Positions 58,874 through 64,000 of a stretch of 64,000 nt of DNA are shown here, piece after piece. The position numbers were made by a program, and so were the translations under genes. Position 1 is the first letter of the stretch, and each line of letters begins with the position of its first letter. The notes beneath the pieces were generated by a model that did not search any database, was not told the DNA's origin, and was given only the letters and a program-made list of their open reading frames with translations. This stretch comes from Oikopleura dioica (Eukaryota > Animalia > Chordata): contig OU015569.1 of assembly GCA_907165135.1 (NCBI GenBank), forward strand, positions 372,001 through 436,000, in the 5' to 3' direction.

Positions 58874-59222
58874 GTGACACCCTTATTTCATAATTAAAAG
58901 TTGTAAGTTCAGGCCTAAACTTTCAACTGAAAAGACAAAATAAGGGTGTCAATGTGTTAAAAATATAAGAAAGAGTACAAGAGATTTAAATTCAAGAGGT
59001 TCTAAAAACCTGTGTATAAAACCTGAGTCAGGGCTCTGAAGGATTTTAAGGCTTCTTTCAGAGCCCTGACTCAGGTTTTATACACAGGTTTTCAGAGACT
59101 CTTGAATTTAAATTTTTCAACTCTTTCCTTTATTTTTAACACATTGACACCCTTATTTCGTCTTTTCAGTTGAAAGTTAAGACCTGAACTTAGAACTTTT
59201 AATTATGAAATAAGGGTGTTAC
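58874..59222. repeat. ~350-bp nested palindrome (GTGACACCCTTA modules outside, family A core inside)
   Basis: Arms are inverted copies over their full length. Confidence 0.85.
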
Positions 59223-61108
59223 TATGTAAACTTTGTCTGTCTGATTTTGATCAAATCAAGTCTGACAACCAAATTTGGAAGAATTAACAAATGATTTTTT
59301 CTTTCATCATTCGTTATTTTTCTCCAAATGAAAGTGGAACCGTTGTAATGTTTGTGGAGCATGAGATTGGAGCTAATCCGAGTGAATCTTGTTTTATGAC
59401 TGGCCCAGGCTCTGTAATGGCTGTGCAATTTGTGCTCGTAAATGACCGTATTCTGACGATTTTACACAATCGCCGCGTCGCAATTTCAATTCAAACAAGA
59501 CATTCTACACCTGCTTGAAAATCTTAAAATTTTCAAAACCGAAAATTTCAACTTTCGAAAATCGAAAAAGAGGACTTTTTGCTCTTTTCGGCGCAGCAGG
59601 TGACCGGGCGGGCGGGTCAGAAATCCCGCTGGGCATTGTGCCTTGATTGAAGAGTTGACTTTTTGACTCGAAATTATTTATTTTTATCCTCTTCTCGGAA
59701 AATTAAGGGGGTAAGGGGCGGTTTTTGGTCTTTTTCAGAGCAAAAGACAGCGGGTCTTTATCGCTTCTTTTGCTTGAAAATAGAAAAGCCGCTCAATTTG
59801 CGGCTTCGAGTCAAAGAAAATTGAAGCCGCGCTACGCGCGGCTTTTATAGTTTCTTTTCTGGAAGCCGCAAATTTAGCGGCTTTTCGATTTTTCAAGGAA
59901 AAAGAAGCGAAAGTAAAGAGTTGAGATGTTTTGATGTTTTTTCTTGAAGAAGGCAAATATTAAGGTGGCTGGTCTCCCGTAGCGCTTGAAGAAAAAAGTC
60001 CCGCTTGGCGTTTTTTCGATTTCAGGGTCTCGGAGGAGGGCGCCCGCGCCGAGGCCCGCCAGGCGCCACCGTGGCTGTTTTTAAGCCAGCCGAGCGGAAC
60101 CACCCATTTCAACCACAGATACGAGCACCCAAATCGACACCCACAGCTACCAGAACTAGCAGTAGCTCCTCCTCACAACACCAAAACAAGAAAAAGAGAG
60201 ACAGAAAGAAAATAAAAGAGCAGAAGCCACAATCGCCGCAATCATTATTTCCCAAATTGAAAACTTTGTCTTTTTAGTCAGCCGGAGCCACTGCCAAGTC
60301 CAGGTAAAAATTTTTATTGTAAAAAATTTTTTGAGGAAAGTTGCTTTTTTGAAATCAAGGAAGAGTCTCTTTTTTGATTGTTTGAATTTTTATTGTTGAG
60401 GAAATTCAAAAAGGAAAAGGAAATAGGGTCCGGGGTCACATGACTGTATTTAAATAAAGCGTGTGAGAGAGAGAAAGGAGGACTAGCACATTCATGCTAG
60501 CGAAGAAAAAAGAAAAGAGGGACGAAATTTTATCACTCCGCAAATCAAATAAAAATGCACATAATCCCCGCGTCCCCACTTTTTTCTCACAGAAATTTTC
60601 TTCATCCCTCCGCGCTAAAAATTAGAAATTAGCTAGTACTACACCTGGCACTACCCGTTCGTGAATCAGTTCTATTTCTTGAAGATCTTAAATGAAAAGC
60701 CGCGTAGCGGCTTTTACCAACGAAGCCGCGAAGCGGCTTCGCCAAAATTATTTTCCAATCATTTTTGACTTCTGGCGAAGCCGCTTTGCGGCTTCGTTTT
60801 GAAAAAGCCGCTACGCGGCTTTTCATTTAAGGGTATCCCCAACGATCGAGGCCGTTTTGGAATGTTTTGGAAAAATCGTTGGGGACACCCTTAAGATTTT
60901 CAGAGCCTGACTCAGGCTCCTTCTCAGCTTCTTTTGAAGCGTCTTTTTCCAGTAATTGATTTCTGGATTCCCGGAGCGGCGAGAAACAGTCCCGTCGCAA
61001 CAGAATTACAGCCGGATTTTTGGCCATAAACGGGTTAGAAGGCGGCGAAAGTACGCTCGGTTAGGAAGCTAGCGGTGCGTCACCGACGGCGGAGCAAAAA
61101 GTGACACG

Positions 61109-61682
61109 CACCGTTCGTGGTATGGGCTGATTCTTCGGCAAGACCGAAGAATTGATGCTTTCAATCACACTGATTCTTCGGCATATTGAGAATTCCCTTG
61201 AACCGAAGGATTAATGAAAAAATTGACAGTGATTCTTCGGCAAATTTTCTAGAATCCATTGTTAAAAATCTTTTGATAATTGTAATCTATGAGTCATAAC
61301 TTCTGCAAAAAGACATTTTCTAGAAAAACTCATTTTTAGCAAATTGCTACCTATTAAAAGTACTTTCTATAATTTGAGGTTAGGGTTAGGAGGCACTGGG
61401 CAAAATGACAGAACAAACTTACACGAGGGGGATAGGCTAGGGTTAGTTAGGGTTACCGAAGGTAACCCTAAGTAACCATAGACTAGACCCCGGCATTTTA
61501 GGGCCTAAGGGGCGAAGCCCCGTGGTCTTGGTTGAGGAATCTGTGAAAAATTTTCCTAAGCCGAATAATCAGTGCATCTTTTATCACTTATTCTTCGGTT
61601 TTTGCCGAAGAATCAGTGTTCTTACACGCATCAATCCTTCGGCCTTTAAGCCGAAGAATTAGGCCGTATCACCGCACCGTTG
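61109..61682. mobile_element. ~570-bp TIR element with GCCGAAGAAT subterminal repeats and internal TTAGGG-like motifs
   Basis: Imperfect ~50-bp TIRs (GATTCTTCGGC..CCGAAGAATTGATGC); GGTTAGGGTTAGG at ~61378. Confidence 0.6.
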
Positions 61683-61894
61683 CTGCTTTTTCCGCTTCCT
61701 TGGAAGAATTCGCGAATTTGCAGCGCGGCGTGAATCACCCCGCTGAGCTAGTCCTTTTCTAGTCAATTTTAGAATAGACGACTGCCAAAGCCGTATGATC
61801 GTTATTAATCATTCGCGCTTATTCATGATTAATTAAATATTTTTACAAGAGTGCAAGAAAGGGACTCATTTTTCATTATTTTCAAGTCAAGGTT

Positions 61895-62250
61895 TTGTCG
61901 AAAAACTGAGTTGAAAAACTGAGTCAGGGTCATGAAAAAGGGTGAATCTAAGAATTGAGCCGTCTTTCTGAACCCTGACTCAGGTTTTTGCACAGGTTGC
62001 TGAGCTGAGATCAAATATACTCTGGGCTCAAAAACCTGTGTGGAAAACCTGACTCAGGGTTACCAAATTGAATTCTTGGCGATTTTGTGAGGACCCTGAC
62101 TCAGGTTTTTACACAGGTTTCCGAGCTCAGAGTATATTTGATCTCAGCTGGGCAACCTTGCAGAATCCTGAGTCAGGGTTCAGAAAGACGGCTCAATTCT
62201 TAAATTCGACCTCTTTCAGGACCCTGACTCAGGTTTTCAACACAGGTTTT
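61895..62250. mobile_element. Second copy of the composite triple-palindrome
   Basis: Shares the internal spacers AAGAATTGAGCC.TCTTTCTGAACCC and AGTATATTTGATC with 37269-37659. Confidence 0.75.
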
Positions 62251-62575
62251 CAATATTTCTCAAATAAAAAAGATTTTTTGAAAAAGACTCAGACAGGAAG
62301 AAAAAAGAAAGCTGTGTTAACAGAATACAGCTCGCGTCTTTTCCCAAGGTCACTGACTGAAAAATGGACTGATCAATTTTTTCGTAGATTCTTTTTTGCT
62401 TGAAGATGCATTTTTTAGCATTGATCATGTTTTGTCGAGTTTTGGCCAGACTTGATGTTTATTTTCGATTTTTTCAAATGCTTTTCTTAGAGGAAATCTT
62501 CCACTTTCCTCAAAAAAGGAAAAAAAGAAAAAAGAGCGAAAAATTCAAAAATCATAAATCAACTTTTCAGCGATA

Positions 62576-63674
62576 ATGACAGAGATGCGCCCCTTCTCCC
62601 GAACTCCGCGAAAAAGCTCACGTGACTCCGCGAATCCACATGCTTTCCGCTCTAGAACCGTTTCCGTCGCCTCCACTGGCTCTTCAGACAGCAGTGGCAA
62701 ACACGTAAGTCTTCATTCTTTCGCCATTTTCGATAAAAATCGAGACATCAAAATCTTATCAAAAATATATTTTTATTTTGCTTTACGCCCCGTCTCGCTC
62801 CCTGCTCCTATAAAATCAACACAGTAATTCTCTCTTCCAATTGACAGAAGAAAATAAAAGACAGATAGTTTTTTCATTTTTTATTAAAAAAATGGCGAAT
62901 TTTAAAAAGCACCTGCGAATTCCGCACAGCGAGTACCCAGGTTTAAAGCAAGCTAAAAATCGCTCCTTCCACGCCCAAAAGAGACTCATTAAAGTAAGTT
63001 ACTGTAAGTTTATTTGGGCGCGGAAGCCTGTGTAGAAAGCCTGAGTCAGGAATCTGAAAGCTTTGAGCGCTTTCAGGACCCTGACTCAGGTTTTCTTGAC
63101 AGTTTTCGAGCCTGGAAGTGGAAAAACCGCTTGCGGCTTCGAGTCAAAAACTAGAGCCGCGCTATTCGCGGCTTTTCAAATTTTTCGCTCGAAGCCGCAA
63201 GCGGCTTTTCCACTTCCAGGCTCGAAAACTGTTAAGAAAACCTGAGTCAGGGTCCTAAAAGCGCTCAAAGCTTTCAGATTCCTGACTCAAGCTTTCATCG
63301 TTAATAGAAAATAGCATATTTTATCTTTTTGAACTTTTTTGCGTCTCAAAGGAGTCAGTTCAGGGGAAAGGGGGCAGTTTATTATTATTGCCAGCAGCGG
63401 AAAAAAGTAGCAATAATGATGGATTGCGCCTAAAAATTCATAAATCGCGGTCGACCTGTCCGATCCTAAATCAATAATTCAAAACCGCCGCTTTTTTGGC
63501 ATTTTCGTTATGACCGTTTTATTCTTGGCCGACCCTTATTTTTTCCTTCAGAACTCGCTCTACAAAACGGAGCTGTGCCGGAGCTACGAAGAAACGGGCA
63601 ATTGCCGCTACGGCAAAAAGTGCCAGTTTGCCCACTCGCTCAAGGAGATTCGCGTCCTCAACCGCCACCCAAAG
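62576..63674 (+). CDS. ZFP36L: ZFP36/TIS11-family tandem CCCH zinc-finger protein (partial; continues beyond window)
   Basis: Exon 63552-63674 encodes [39 protein letters not shown]. Putative first exon at 62576-62704. Confidence 0.88.
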
Positions 63675-64000
63675 GTAAAAGTTCATTTTTGAGAAATGAG
63701 CAAAACTATTTCGACCTGAGTTTTAGCTAGTGACACCCTTAAATTTAATATCAAGAAGGCGCTTGCGGCTTCGAGTCAAACGATTGCGGCTTTTGCGCGG
63801 CTTTTACAATCGTTTGACTCGAAGCCGCAAGCGACTTTTCGACTTTAAGTTTTAAGGGTCTCACTAGCTAAAATTCAGTTTGAAAGAATTTCCCCAAAAA
63901 TCTGAGGAAAACTATTTCGACCTGTTTTTAGCTAGTGACACCCTTAAAACTTAAAGTCGAAAAGCCGCTTGCGGCTTCGAGTCAAACGATTGCGGCTTTT

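Larger units (their letters stand above)
2575..63290. mobile_element. Dispersed MITE family A (hAT-like), roughly 45 full or partial copies; TIR CTGGGCTCGGCAACCTGTGTAGAAAACCTGAGTCAGGGTCTGAAA
   Basis: Long TIRs, often with internal AAAAGCCGC-nnn-GCGGCTTTT hairpins. 8-bp TSDs are present at several copies listed separately. The copy number is a rough manual tally. Confidence 0.88.

Noticed and set aside
15664-62403. Many 60-90 aa ORFs containing [10 protein letters not shown] / TLTQVF / KAASL peptides as a repeated protein family
   Set aside because: They are translations of family A TIRs and hairpins, not genes.

Overview
Gene-dense eukaryotic (animal) genomic DNA, most consistent with an appendicularian tunicate such as Oikopleura: compact genes, many ~40-70 nt introns, several GA-AG/GG-AG introns and closely spaced co-oriented genes. 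This taxon call is an inference. About 20 genes are recognisable: DENR, a SANT protein, SLC35G, HMG-CoA synthase, MPO1/DUF962, DDX55, a SMAP-domain protein, a divergent class B GPCR, a GALNT, two syntaxin-7/12 paralogues, a PSAP/PPxY membrane protein, a MARCH E3 ligase, RPL12, a DEG/ENaC channel and the start of a ZFP36/TIS11 gene. Introns and intergenic DNA are full of non-autonomous palindromic elements (hAT-like with 8-bp TSDs, Kolobok-like with TTAA, and nested composites); I saw no transposase ORF. Many single-base homopolymer deletions point to an unpolished long-read assembly, so exon coordinates are approximate. Top findings: (1) RPL12 intron 1 carries a structure-conserving mimic of the 28S rRNA GTPase-associated centre, the uL11/RPL12 binding site, with an in-frame stop and a cryptic donor, suggesting autoregulation by rRNA mimicry; (2) the syntaxin-7/12 gene holds two phase-exclusive versions of the N-terminal half of its SNARE motif; (3) hAT MITEs sit inside conserved exons and appear to be spliced out as new introns (introner-like); (4) the class B GPCR has lost both cysteines of the conserved TM3-ECL2 disulfide.
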